Shown here: in pieces, positions 41,301-54,246 of the stretch
Layout: the number at the start of each line of letters is the position of its first letter
Numbering within the stretch: position 1 is the first letter of the stretch
From: Octopus vulgaris
Taxonomy: Eukaryota
Assembly: GCA_951406725.2 (NCBI GenBank)
Contig: OX597818.1
Span: 101,246,001-101,310,000, forward strand
DNA: 64,000 nucleotides
Reading direction: 5' to 3'
Program-made: the position numbers and the translations under genes
The notes under the pieces: generated by a model
What the model was told of the DNA's origin: nothing
Database searches by the model: none
Seen by the model: only the letters and a program-made list of their open reading frames with translations

Positions 41301-42003
41301 CATTATCCTACCAGTTCGTAGAAGAATAATACTATAGTTTGTTAGAGACGAGAAGGAAGAGGAGCTTGAGTGAGAGAGAGTAGATAATTAGCCGATGCAT
41401 TATAGTGTGGTTAATGGAAGTGACACATGAAGAGAAAGAAAGAAATGTCAAAATCTTGGAGAGGCGAATTACATGGTTACAAAGTTGTTAAATAATTGAA
41501 GCGAAAGAGAGAATTATAAAGTGCTTAGCAGAGGCAAACTTTAAAATCAAATAATACATTATTGTAACTGGAAGTGAAATAACTAAGGAAAATGAAAATA
41601 ATAATGCAAGCCATACTTACTGTCTTAAAGAGTTTCTTTCTCGTTCTGTGGAATTTCTACTGGTCCCACTAGTCTTAAACTAAATTAGCGAAATGTTATT
41701 CATCTAAGAATACTTGCACAATAGGATCTATGAACTAAATTTCTTTGCAATGATAACTGTATACTAGCTATATTCTATTTTAAGCTGATAAATGATTCCT
41801 CAAGCTAACGATGCTGGTGATTGTCAATATAAATACTATGGTAGCCCTGATATTTATGGCACAGTAAACAAAATTCTTTTGATACAGAATCTTCTTAATT
41901 ACTACTTCAGTGTAATCTGTTTTCCTCTACTCGAAGCAGTAATGGAGGTCTCAATCTCCACCTCGTCTACACCTCCAAATTCCGTACCACAACTTACCAT
42001 TAC

Positions 42004-42051
42004 CTGTGATGACCTTCTTTCAGTGATCACATTGGTATCCAGCTTTGTGAA
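42004..42051 (-). CDS. candidate phase 0-0 exon FTKLDTNVITERRSSQ
   Basis: Acceptor gccctctcag, tandem donors CAG|GTAATG|GTAAGT, 48 nt, open. Confidence 0.25.
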
Positions 42052-42624
42052 CTGAGAGGGCAATCAATCGTACGCTTTATCACAAATTTCAATTTATAGC
42101 ACGAGAATTCTGCAACAGTAGGTAATAACACCGTGTGCATCAGCTTTATCACATACTCGCGCATATACACATACACATATAGGTAGATGTGTGAGTGTAC
42201 GAGTAAGTATCAAAATGCAATAAATAGAAAGAGATTAAAATACATTTCTCAGACAAGGATTTAACAGATTGCATTAAAATTTATATCACGACAATTTTAA
42301 AACTAGTTGTAAAATATAATGAAATGTATATTTATAGAAATGCCAAGGAAAACTACATAAACCTATAAACAAACCTGGAAGCGTCACGATATGAGAGATA
42401 TGTATAAATAATTTGCAAATACGGAGAAGAATATGTACGTCTTTACACATTGAATGTTTTGTTATAAAACCTCACGAAATTGCGTTGCACATCTTGAAAA
42501 TCCATACTGCAAATGATTGCATATGCACGTATTTTCACATTCGGATACATGCAGATGCCCGTAGGAGCACATAAAATAAGTATAATTCCATAAACACACA
42601 CGTCGTCATGCAAATGCAACCAAA

Positions 42625-42770
42625 GCACGGGTGTAGCGTGGTAAGGAGCATGTTTTTCAAATACATGGTACCGGTATGTGTTCCACTTCGTGGCAGACTG
42701 AATGATTTCCTTCAACTATAGCCCTGTGTGTAGACTTCGTAGATGGAGTCTGAAAGAAGCCCGTCATATG
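42625..42770 (+). mobile_element. decayed family A SINE 5' part
   Basis: gtggtaagga...actatagccc...gtagatgga.tctgaaagaagcccgtc then (TG)n. Confidence 0.7.
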
Positions 42771-43444
42771 TATGTGTGTGTATGTGTGTGTGTGCATGTG
42801 TGTGTATGAGCATGTGTGTGTATGTGTATGTGCGTGCGTATTATTAGGTCGTCAAGTGTGGAATTTGCAATAAGGTATATGGTAAAATTTGACAGTTGCT
42901 CATTTTGCGCCATTATTATATTTTGAGAAGTTTTATATTTTGTTAGAAAGCTGACGTCTATTTCTTTGTTCTAATTCATTTTGCGCTTTATTAAGTATTT
43001 ATAAATCGTTTTTTTTCCTATTTTCGTTTAGAGATGGATGACCAGAACACTTTTCCTCTATTTATACCAGCTCGAGGCTTTCGCCAAGGACGACTGGGTG
43101 AACTTCCCCCAGAGGACACAAAGGACGCTTGTGGACACGTAAAAGTATCGTCTAAAAGCAGTTATATATAAAAAAAACAAAAGCTATGCTATTGATCATT
43201 AAAGAAAGATATTGGACAAAATAAATCTCGGACACGAATACTGTTGAACATGAATTCTTTTGAAAAGCTATGAATAAAATACCAGTGAAATGAAGAATTT
43301 CTGGAATTGTGTATTGTTGTAATTCTTTCATTTGTTGGTCACATAAAACTAATAAACAAATTTTGCAAAAGGCATTCGTTTCATCACAAAAATATAAAAT
43401 TACAAAATTTAACAAGGGTATGAATAACTTTGAGGACGACTGTC

Positions 43445-43890
43445 TACATATATATTTAAGAAGAAAAGAAGATAAAATAGTGATAAGTAATTTAATAATT
43501 GTTTATTATTAACAAATTAGTCATCTAAGCTTCTTACAGTTGTTACAATTAATAGACAGTAATTTAATTTTCACGTTACATTTACATTTATGTGACATCA
43601 GTAAAATTCCATCAAAGGAACAAAAAAGATGTACCTATCGATGTTATATGTGGTATTATCAATTCATTTCAGCCCACATAACGCAATATATAAAACCTAC
43701 ATCTCTTTTCATCGGATGATATTATACTCAAGTCATATAAATATGAATTTAAAGTACATAATTTGTTATTAGATTATTGAATATTAATTGAAAGAGCTGT
43801 AAGAAGCTAAGATGACTACTTTGTTAATAATAAACAACCTTAACTTCTTTATCCCCATTTTCTTTTATTCTTTTAAATTTATATAAACTA
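43445..43890. repeat. long imperfect palindrome / foldback
   Basis: 43499-43554 is nearly the reverse complement of 43781-43836; complementarity continues inward to a ~20-nt loop near 43652-43672 and outward. Confidence 0.85.
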
Positions 43891-44016
43891 TATGCTTTAT
43901 ATATATATATCTATAGTTTTAAGGGAATTTCCTTCCCCCAAAATACGAGATATTGAACAAACATTTCCTTCAATACAACCGACCCTCTACGAGGTTAACA
44001 TATCGTCTGATTAAAT

Positions 44017-44095
<79 letters not shown>

Positions 44096-45200
44096 ATACG
44101 CACACATGTATATAGATAGATAGAGAGACAGACAGATACTGATATATAAATATAAAATTAAAATCAACAGAAGCAGTGTCAGTATCAATAGTCTATATTT
44201 TCGTCCTCTCACTGTATCAAAGCGGATGCAGTACTAGAACACAGAACAATGCTTTATTTATCAAGTATTTAAAAGCACTACTAAGTATGTCAGTGGCCAA
44301 CGAAAACCGTCAGCTACACCCGCGGGAAGTGCGGATCAGGTGATTTCGCCATTTGTTGTGGTTATCAGTACAGAGAATCCCGGAAGCCACACAATGGTGG
44401 GGATCTCTATTTGGCTAAACACTATGTACTGTCGTCAATAAATCAACTTGCTCCATTACGAGTATTAGCATTTCCTGTACACCTTTATTGTAATTGTAAG
44501 GCTTCCTCTTTCTCTTGCTGTATATGTGTGTGTCTATGTTCATGTGCGCACGCTTGTGTATGTATTTGATACCGAATGGAGCTGTACTAATCAAATTGAG
44601 TTTCATTTGATGTCTTGGAATAATTTTAAATCTATTTAACAAATTATGCTGCTTTAACTAGAACATTTTAGAGAAGCATCCGAGTTAATGATGATTAATT
44701 ATGCTAACTATTGTACCCATAGTTTCAATAAACTCTTTTCTCATAAGTTAGTATATTTCTATTCTACAGTTAACTCTATACTTGCATTTCATAACTCGAA
44801 GATTGTGGAGCTACATACAACGAAATGTTCTAGTAAATAACAAACGAAATAGTTGAGAAATGTCACGGAAATGTCACGATTCGACTACTATATATCTCCA
44901 TAATTTTAGTCCACTAAGAATGCAAATTTGTATTTTATTTGGTTTCGTCAACTGAAAACGACATTACTATATAATATGTTCAGGCAGATATTAATACGAT
45001 TTAGTTATAGTGTGAGATTAGTAAGAAATATAAATGAAGATATTAACTTAACTAACCTGAATCTAATACTTACCATTTCCTGTTTTCATTAGATTTAGAT
45101 AATTACCACACCAATAGAAAAATATTAACATAAAATAAAGCAATCTAGATATAAGTATCAAATGATAATCCTCGTGGATATGCAATGATATATCAATTAA

Positions 45201-45429
45201 CCCTTTAGCTGTGTAATTAAATTTCATGTTAATTTTCTACCAAAATTTAGAAGTGATGTTAACTTCTGCCGAAATGATGTTAATTGTTTCAATATCTCCT
45301 GCAGCTACAAATTCAAAAACAAAAATATTTGATTCTTTCTCTGTAATCGGGAATGTGATGAAACGTTTAAGAACGAAAATTGGTTTAATCTTTGTCATTT
45401 GGTGTCCCTTGTCGTCTTCTGCTTAAGGA
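45201..45429. mobile_element. possible piggyBac-type MITE
   Basis: TTAA|CCCTTTAGC left end; degenerate GCTTAAGGA|TAAA right end. Confidence 0.35.
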
Positions 45430-46494
45430 TAAATTTTCTCAAAGCCGCGGGGTACAGAAAACAAATTTTGCATTTAACGTTAGTAAAATTGTGAGAGGAA
45501 AAATCCGCCTTCCAGCCTCTAAAGAGGTAGCAATAATACGTATAATTTCAAATTTAGGAAAAAAAAAACGAGCTGTCAGAATTATTTAAAACCTTGAACA
45601 AAATGCTGAATGGTATTTCAAAATTTCTGAATCCAAGTTCCTTAGGATTTAATCGTAATTTTTATGCCACGATAAAATAAATTACAATCAGCACCGGTGC
45701 CGATGTAATCAAGTAAACCCCTCTTCTTAAACTGCCGCACTTGTGTCAATATTTGAAAGGAATATAAATTAAGTAAATATACAATGGGCAATGTAACTGA
45801 TACTTATATCTATATAACGTATAGCTCTGTTATCAGATTTTCATTAGCTTGTCGCATTTGAAATATATTCTCCAACGTGAGTCGCACGTTGCATTGTTCA
45901 TCATTTATTCTAATGTATGATTTGCATGTATAAGCCTCAAATTATTTACCTGTAAAGCATTTCAGAGTCCTGCCATTTCTAAAATTCAACAGGCATATTT
46001 TATGTATGCTTTGGCACGGGGCTTGACAAATGCACTTAAAATTGCTTTGGAAATATCACGTAAGAGCGCTTCTCCGTAATTCCTAACAGTACATGTAAGG
46101 CATTCCATTTAAGGGATTCCATTAATGAAAATGAAATATTAGTAAAGCGTCAGCTACACAAATGCGTCAAATCTATATTTAGTTCACATATCGTTGTTTG
46201 CGTTTTTAAGTTTCTCTTATCATTGGAATCCGCATGTTATTTAACGTATTTCAATCTGCGTGATACGCAAAAGACATAACACAATGTAATTAACTTATAT
46301 ATCTGCATGTATACTGACAATTATATGTATATATGTTTATGAAATTGTGTTGCAATATTCTTGATGAGAAGCCGTATGTTGAAACATATATTGTTGTATT
46401 TCGGGACGATTATTATTATTTTTTTGCTAAATGAACGCACGCACTATATATTCCTTCCACACTTGTTTATTACTGTTCTTATTCTAAATCTCGT

Positions 46495-46548
46495 CCAATA
46501 TCCGGAAATATTTCGCCACACTTCTGTGACCTCTTCAGCGACACTTAC
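46495..46548 (-). ncRNA. hammerhead-ribozyme-like motif, opposite-strand copy
   Basis: Minus strand agtgtcg CTGAAGA G GTCAC-agaagt-GTGGC GAAA tatttc cggatatt. Confidence 0.5.
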
Positions 46549-46674
46549 CGTGTTCATGTGTGCTCTTGCACTGCTAATTCAATCTTTGTGCGTGTTCTGC
46601 TTGTTTTCTCTTCGTGTGTGTACTTGCTCTTCTTATTCCATGGAATAAGCAGAGCAAGGGCATACACTAAGATG

Positions 46675-46730
46675 GAAAATGTTGCTGAGGATGTCACAGG
46701 TGAGTGACGAAAGATTTCGGGACAATGGAC
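46675..46730 (+). ncRNA. hammerhead-ribozyme-like motif (minimal type I, probably degenerate)
   Basis: CTGAGGA (46685-91) T GTCAC-aggtga-GTGAC GAAA (46709-12) gatttc; stems I and III imperfect. Confidence 0.5.
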
Positions 46731-47534
46731 ATGATTTGGAATAAAAACATCAATAAACTAGTGAAGAACGAATATTAAATGCGTGTACACATGTGTGGGT
46801 GTATATATATGTTCATGTATATGTGAGTGTATGCACGCTTATTAGGTAATAAGTGGTAAAATAACCCAAAACGGCGAATGACAAGCTACGCCAATGCTAT
46901 TACGCTTTAATCGAATGGAATGTGTTATTGGCACTTCAACGCTAACACTTCATCAAAAACCCAATGAATGGAAAGAAAAAGTAAGGGAAAATGGAGAACA
47001 ACAAGTGGCGGTAAAGAAAGAAATAAGGAGAAAACATTACAGAGAGGTAGGAATGCGTTTCTTTGGAACGGAATTAAGAAAAGAGTCTGCCTGTTTTGTA
47101 AGGTATCCGTGTATAGAGACGGGCATAGCAGGAGAATATATTGTGGGAGAAAAGCGTGGGCAGATGAAAGAAAATGTAGGAGAGTACTCTGAAGAAAGCA
47201 GCATAGCGCGAAATATTGACAAATAAATGGAAGAAATATATATAAAATGATATCACTGGTGGAAAGTGTAAAGATTATGTATTCAACATTTTGGAATGAT
47301 ATGAATTATTACAAGGACATTTCCTCACAGTAAATTAAATATAGCCATGTCTGTATATATAAGGAAATGTTTGACAAATATAGTCTGTATTTTCTTCCTT
47401 TCTCCGTACATAAGTTTTTATAGTTAACCATTAAATGTTGCTGGCAATACATTAGATGATTCATCATATACGCTTAATTATAAAGTCTATAAATTTTCAT
47501 CTGTTTATTTGAGTATTGGAAATATTGATTTCAA

Positions 47535-47692
47535 AGGCCAGCAATTTTGGAGGAGACTACATGTCATTTATCTCGACCCCAGTACGCGATTGATACTTAA
47601 TTTATCGACCCCGAAAGGATGAAATGCAAAGTGAAACACGGCGGAATTTGAACACAACGTGAAGACAGAGAGAGATGCCGTCTTCACGTTGA
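47535..47692 (-). mobile_element. family C SINE fragment
   Basis: tacttaatttatcgaccccgaaaggatgaaa is the reverse complement of the family C core. Confidence 0.8.
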
Positions 47693-48689
47693 ATAAACAG
47701 ACTATTAAAGAGAACTCGCTAATATTTTGCGTGATATATAAATCTAATAATTAAAACGTTCCTACAACCCTCACCGCTTAAGTTTCCATAAATTTAGGTT
47801 TTAACAATCTCTAAAATGTTTATTTTCATTTTTATAAAAATATACTTTGATAAATTTACCGTTTATCTTCGTATACAAAATACCACTCTCACATTATCAT
47901 GTTAGGTATTATTCCGTAGCTATTGGTTCTACCATTACCCTATAACTATATGGGTTGAATAAGTTCTGGTTGTGATGTAATGCGCCACGTTTCTTATACC
48001 TCATAACATTATATTGTTCGCTTGTCATAGGGAGACCAGATAAAGCTTATAAAGGCCTGCATCTTTGTTCTGCCTGACACATTACCCTCCCCCCCACTCA
48101 TACACACACATAAAATCCATTTATAATGGGACCAAAGAATGTGGAAAAATTAGATTAAGATAAAGTAAAGCTATTTGACAGGAGTCTCACACCTCTCTTT
48201 CCATATCCACATGATAGTGACTACTGCACTAGTTCTTTATCAACTGTGTAAATTCTGACCCCGATATATAGTTTTTCTATAATATACATCTCCCCTAGAC
48301 CACGCAAACATGCTTGACATTTTGCGCCTACTCGTATACCTCTTCTCGTGTACAGGCATGAACATTTAGGTTAGATAATCTGTGACCTTAAAATAGAAAT
48401 ACAACTGGTTATTTTACATCTTATTCAACATGTTTACACTTTTACTTTCTGTATTCATGCCTTCACCCAGCCCAGTGTAGTATATGATGCAGAGTCGACA
48501 GTGGATTACTATAATGTCAAGTTTGGTACAAGTATGAATTATGATGGTTACTTATGGTTACTTAACTATTTGATCGTTACATTAATTGTGTATAATTAAC
48601 AAGGTGCATATGAACACAACCATGCAAACACTAAGAGATAAAAATTTATTTTCTTGACAATATCTGAGTGCGAGATAAACATTTTATAT

Positions 48690-49075
48690 TATACCTTTTG
48701 TCTTGTACTTTTTCTACTCATTTGGATTATGACTTTTTGAAGGAAGCATCTTAGAAGATTTAGTTGAATGCACCGATCCCAATACTTGGTTTTCAGAACC
48801 CTGGTATTTATTCTAGTGGCTGTTGTAGCTAAATTACAGGTACGTAGAGTAAGCAACAACTGTCTGTGGTGGGGACCTGTGACGAACATAGACTTCTTAC
48901 TTACATACATGTATACGACGGAATTGTTTCAGTTTTCGAGTACCAAATCCACTCATAAATTTTTGATCGGTCCGGTGTTATTGGAGAAAGCATTTGTCCA
49001 ATGTGCCAGGCAGTGGTACTACATCCAGAACCATGTACTTGGAAAGCAAACTTCACTCATCCACCATAGCGCCTT
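48690..49075 (-). mobile_element. decayed family A SINE
   Basis: atacgacgg...ttcagtttt...taccaaatccactcataa...ttgtccaatgtgcca..cagtgg matches 33170-33270. Confidence 0.75.
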
Positions 49076-51165
49076 ATTTAATAAAACGTCACACAGGAGA
49101 TACTCTGTGAGTTACCCTTTATCACCAGCCTCATATTACTCATCTATGGAGTAGAAGGTTTTGGTATGATCTTAAACATTACAACATTGGTCTTAAAAAT
49201 CACATTTACAAGGGCAATAACAGTTCACAAAACATGGCAAGCCAGGATGTGCATAATCCGACGTTTTACAAGAGGACTGGATAATCCTTAAAATACATGC
49301 CACTGGGTATATAAATATAGTTTTTCTCTTTTATTTTTACTTTCACATTTGCAACATAGATTATATATGTCCATTTATATATGTACATGTCTGTGTATGT
49401 ATGTGTGTGTGTGAATATAATTGTGAAAACAAATTACCTAGTACTTTGTAGAAGACAGCCTGTATTAAATGCTGTTGATGAAAATGACTTGAAAATTTCT
49501 ATCTATTCGAATTCTCTGGGGTGTGAGTTCAACGATAACTAACAATCAAAAACATCGAAGTGACAATTAAACCTATACTTGTAAAACTTTAGCAGATATT
49601 TATGTGCAGTCGTGTATTTGAGCTTATGGAGATGTGTAAATAAATTCCACATAAGGCATGCATATGTAGTTATCTTATAATGCCGGCTACGAACCTTAGA
49701 TTATGATGATACGATGCTGAAATACTCTATACGGACTCGAATATTTTACAAAGTCTATTACAAATATTCAGTGCAAACTGAATACAAAACAACATGGTAT
49801 CCAAGAGAGACGTTCAGCTCATGTGAACATAATCACTGTTTAATTATAAGGAGTAACATTTTCGGTACAACTAGTCAAAGTGGTAACTATGCGGGTAGGT
49901 CGATTAAATTTATCATAGTATATTAATGATAAATGTTTTTTCGATAACATATAAAACAAAAGGTTGCCCTTCGAAATAATATTCCTGTTATCTAACGCAC
50001 ATCAAAAATCAAATGTTATACATAATACATTATTCATTATTTTCCTTTATATGTTCTCTTGTGAATAAGTATACGATGATTTCACCTTAATTTTGATTCT
50101 TTTATTCAAGTTAATAACCATAAATATTACAATTCTTGTATTTATTATGTAAAGAATAACTTTTTCAGAAACTAGTACTCTGTTTTTTTGTTTTTTTTTC
50201 TCTCCAGATTGCAATCATTGTCAACAATATAATATTGTCGATAATATACAAGCTAAAATTCAAAGAAATCATTATTTTCCCCCATTCATGCCACTGTCTT
50301 GCTCGTATTCTTTTGTGAAAACATTCAATCTTACCAATGAATACTAACCAACATATAATTCTAGCTAATGCATTGTTCTAATCTACCTCATTTAATATTT
50401 TTCTTTGTCTATTATTCTTAGACATGTTTACTGCCAATTAATACAGGCTAGAAATTGTTCATGCTGCATGTAATATACGGCTTCAGCGCAAATGAATGGA
50501 TGCTAACTAACGATTCTTCAACCTACACGTTTGTTTTATTTCTTTTTTTTTTGTTAACAGTTTCCACGGATACAATGGCGTTGATATGTGTAAAATTATG
50601 TCAAATAATTTAATTGTCGTATCGAATTTAATAGGAGTTTTTTTTATATTGCTTTTGCTTTATTGGAATCAAGGAAAAAACGAAAAACATTATTATCATG
50701 CATGTGTAAAAATTTCAACAGTAAGCAGTTATTAGAAGGCTTTGAATTATTTTAAAATTAAAATTTAAAGAAGAGAAATGCATTACCAATTAGAATTGAA
50801 TCGATGCATTATTTTCATATCAGAATAAATACTTGTTAATGGGCGATTATTTCCATATATGCAGGAAAAATGAAATCGATAATAATTCTGAGAATAAATT
50901 GAGCAAAATTTTAGAAGAAAATACTGATTGATTTTTATTGAATGTTAAGTCCGAAAAATGTCACTATCGCTGAAGAAAGATGCACGATAGAATAAGTATA
51001 TAAATATACGTTAATACACAAACAAATATATACGCACACGCAGACACACGCATAGATGCTGGAACACATACACACACTTCCAAAAAATTAAAAAAGAAAC
51101 ATCTATGCGGAATATAATACTACATATATCATATTCACTTACACGTACATACATACTCTTCTATT

Positions 51166-51238
<73 letters not shown>

Positions 51239-53584
51239 CACATAGAAGGAGGAGAGGGAGAAAGAAAGATAGTTGAGAGGCAAAGAAGCGATGAAATGCT
51301 GATTTCATTAAGAAATTCAAATTTAAAAAATTTTTTTAAAGAAAATATTGTTCCTGATTAGAAAGCATTATTAACCTTGTTAAGATAACGGAATCATTAC
51401 CTTATCGAATAAATTATTTAGTGGTTTTCTACTCCGTCTTTGCTTTCCGATTTCAAGTCTCTCCCTGTTCAAAATTGTCGTTGATTAATTCATTGTTCGT
51501 TAGATATTGTGGGAATAAAATTGGTTCAATAAAATTCATACTTTGTTGCACTTTAATAAATATGAACTTAGTATTACTTTTGATAAAGTATAGCAAACTT
51601 ATTATATAAAAAAATTCTGAGAAATCTGTTGACCGCACTTATTGTCTCTTGCATAGCAGCATCGCAAATTATGAATATATATCTACGCAATTATCTAAAG
51701 CTAAATACTGGGTAAGGCGTTTACTTCTATAAACGATGCCCTCAGAACGAAGATAGACAATACTACACGCGCTAGATTGTTCATTAGAACCGTACTATCT
51801 GCAGTATTTAAGCAAATGAGAACTTGGCTATTTGTAAGAGGATCGAACTGCGACTGGCGTCGGTTCAAAGGGTCATGGAAATATCATTCCGACGGTATAT
51901 TTTGAATGTGATAATTCGAAAACGGATTTAAGGGAACGATGTAAACGCAGAATACCGAAAACATAATTCCTGGTGGGCCGGACTAGACGCAAGACGAACA
52001 AAAAAAGCGGAGCCTGCTCAATTGGCAAGTGGTACCCAAGAGATCGGAAGAGGCCTTTTGCATGTCCTTCATGATTATGGGAGGACAAATTGCACCAAGA
52101 GGGAAACGATTGCGGAATAAAAAGCGTATGTGGCCAGCGGTGCACAATAGCATAGATCCACATATATATAGGATTTAAATTCAAATTAAATTATACCACA
52201 TGCACTCATACATATGCAGTCACACACATTTACCTAAGAACATGCGTAAACATGGATATTACTAGTCACTGACAATTATTAGTAAAATTTTCTGGTATGT
52301 CAATATCCAAAACGGATTAGCAAAATTAAATTAAATATAAATTCCATGCACGTCAATGAACTTCATAAATTGTATGTGTAAATTCATGTAAGGTTTTGTC
52401 TGTGTAATATATAGGAATGATTTATTTCTAAGATGCTGACATCTTATTATCCGACGTGTTGATTAATTATATTCGAATCTTATTCTACTAACTTGGCACT
52501 CGTCCGGTACACAAAATGTCACACCAAATGCCATCGAATTTAGATGGCTGTCTAAAGCATAAGTTGGAGCAAGCGATTTTATATCTAATGTTATTAACAT
52601 TTAGAGTTAGTTAATAAATAACTAAATAAATTAGTTAGTTAGTTATTCATATTACATGGGGAGCATCAGTCAGCAGCAAAATGTCTCCGTCCTCAACGGG
52701 CGTCTGCAATAGATTTGGCATCCTACCCAACTCATCTCTGCTGCATTATATCCCTCAGAAGAGTCCCCTTCAATGTTATTTATGGGCGCCCATGTTTCCT
52801 TTTCCCACCTTCTGACATTTGAGTTGCTTGTTTGGTAAAAATGATTGCAGTTGAGTTCTTTTCGGTTTTCATCAACCCCCGTCATCATCTCTGCTGTAAT
52901 TGCTTTCCACACATCTTTGCCGATCTGTATTAATATTTGTTTGTGTTTACTGTTTCTGTTGCTGCATAGGCTTTTAACGAAGCAGGGTGCTGACTTATCG
53001 TCGAACCTCCTCGATGGTGTGTTGTAATTTTGAAGAAGAACCCTTGACACTGATGGATGGTCATCTTGGTCTATTCGTAACCAACTGCACCTGTCAGTAA
53101 GCGTGATAATCCCCACCATATAGACAGTTGCCAGTTTAATATTAAATCGGTCGTCTCCTCACTTCATGTACTGCATACTGCACGAGTGATAGAAGAAGAA
53201 AGAAGCAGCTATCTGCTACCAATGATGGTCTAATCCTTGGTGTCAATCATACCACAAGAAACGTTACAGAAAGCAAAAGTATATAAATAGAAATACGTTT
53301 TCTTTGGAATATTATTTTTCTGTATAAACTTTATTTTGATGCAGCTGCTATATTTGAAATGTTACTGCGTAAAATCTATGCACGCCATTTTCGTGAAATA
53401 TATGTGAAAGTTCTTAGTTTTGATATCAATATGAGACGTCAGTGAACTTATTACCATAATATTTATGAGTACATTTATTGACTGTCATCCGTTTCATGTC
53501 ATTCTGTTTTTAAATAGTACAAGATGATTGCGATAATAATACATCTCTCTTCCAATAATGTGTTCAAATCTTGACAGAAGGCCA

Positions 53585-53752
53585 ACAATTTAGAGCCCAG
53601 GTCTATCAAACCAACTCAGTGATCAACTCGTACTTATCGACCTTAAAATGTTATGACAAAGAAAGTCGACCGCGGCGGTATTTGAACCCCGAACAGAAGA
53701 AACGCCGCTAAGTATTTGTCCGGAATGCTAACTATTTTTCCAGCTCGCCACC
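53585..53752 (-). mobile_element. decayed family C SINE
   Basis: aaagtcgacc.cggcgg.atttgaac...cgctaagtatt...ccagctcgccacct. Confidence 0.75.
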
Positions 53753-53780
53753 TATATTTCTCCTGTCATATTATTTAAGA

Positions 53781-54246
53781 CTAGCAGTCTAGCCCTGCGT
53801 TGCTCGGGTTTGTTTCTTTAGTTGCGTTTAAAACGGTAGACTTTCGTGTCGCGTTAACAAAGTTTTTACATAGTTTCAATCTTTTTGGAAAAGTAAAAAT
53901 ATTGCATTATGTAGCTTGTTATTCTCTTTAAGTGAACATGTTTCTGGTTGAAATACACCGAAAGATGGCGGCACAGCAGTAAAAAAATCGTAAAAAATAT
54001 AGAATTTTATAGAAAAATGCATCTTATTGATGTAAATAACTTTTGGTGTTAACATGGTCCGATTTGATTTTTTTCTGTTACGGAATGAAGAGCAAGCATT
54101 CTTCTATCATACTCTCAATTTTGGTCAACTAGCGCCGCAGGGTCTTGGAGGAGATATGTTAGTTGATGGCTACCAAACCTGCGACATACACACACACACA
54201 CGCACGTAGACACACACACAGACAACTTAAGCTTTATATGTAAAGA
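53781..54246 (-). mobile_element. non-autonomous Helitron
   Basis: Minus strand A|TCTTTACATATAAA... (TG)n ... hairpin CCCGAGCAACGCAGGG ... CTAG|T: canonical TC/CTAG ends inserted in an AT site. Confidence 0.8.

Larger units (their letters stand above)
46449..46780. mobile_element. head-to-head inverted Penelope-type terminal repeats with hammerhead-like motifs
   Basis: Arms 46449-46582 and 46641-46775 are reverse complements; each has CTGANGA-N-stem-loop-GAAA. Confidence 0.7.

Noticed and set aside
42842-43150. Possible mariner 5' end
   Set aside because: No partner TIR and no convincing transposase motif.
47189-47220. CTGAAGA...GAAA motif
   Set aside because: No stem I and no valid cleavage triplet.
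50208-50347. Strong acceptor followed by DCNHCQQ...NEY*
   Set aside because: AT-rich, no upstream partner exon or recognisable domain.
52670-53119. 149-aa minus-strand ORF
   Set aside because: No recognisable motif or splice context; the block is better explained as regulatory, though coding cannot be excluded.
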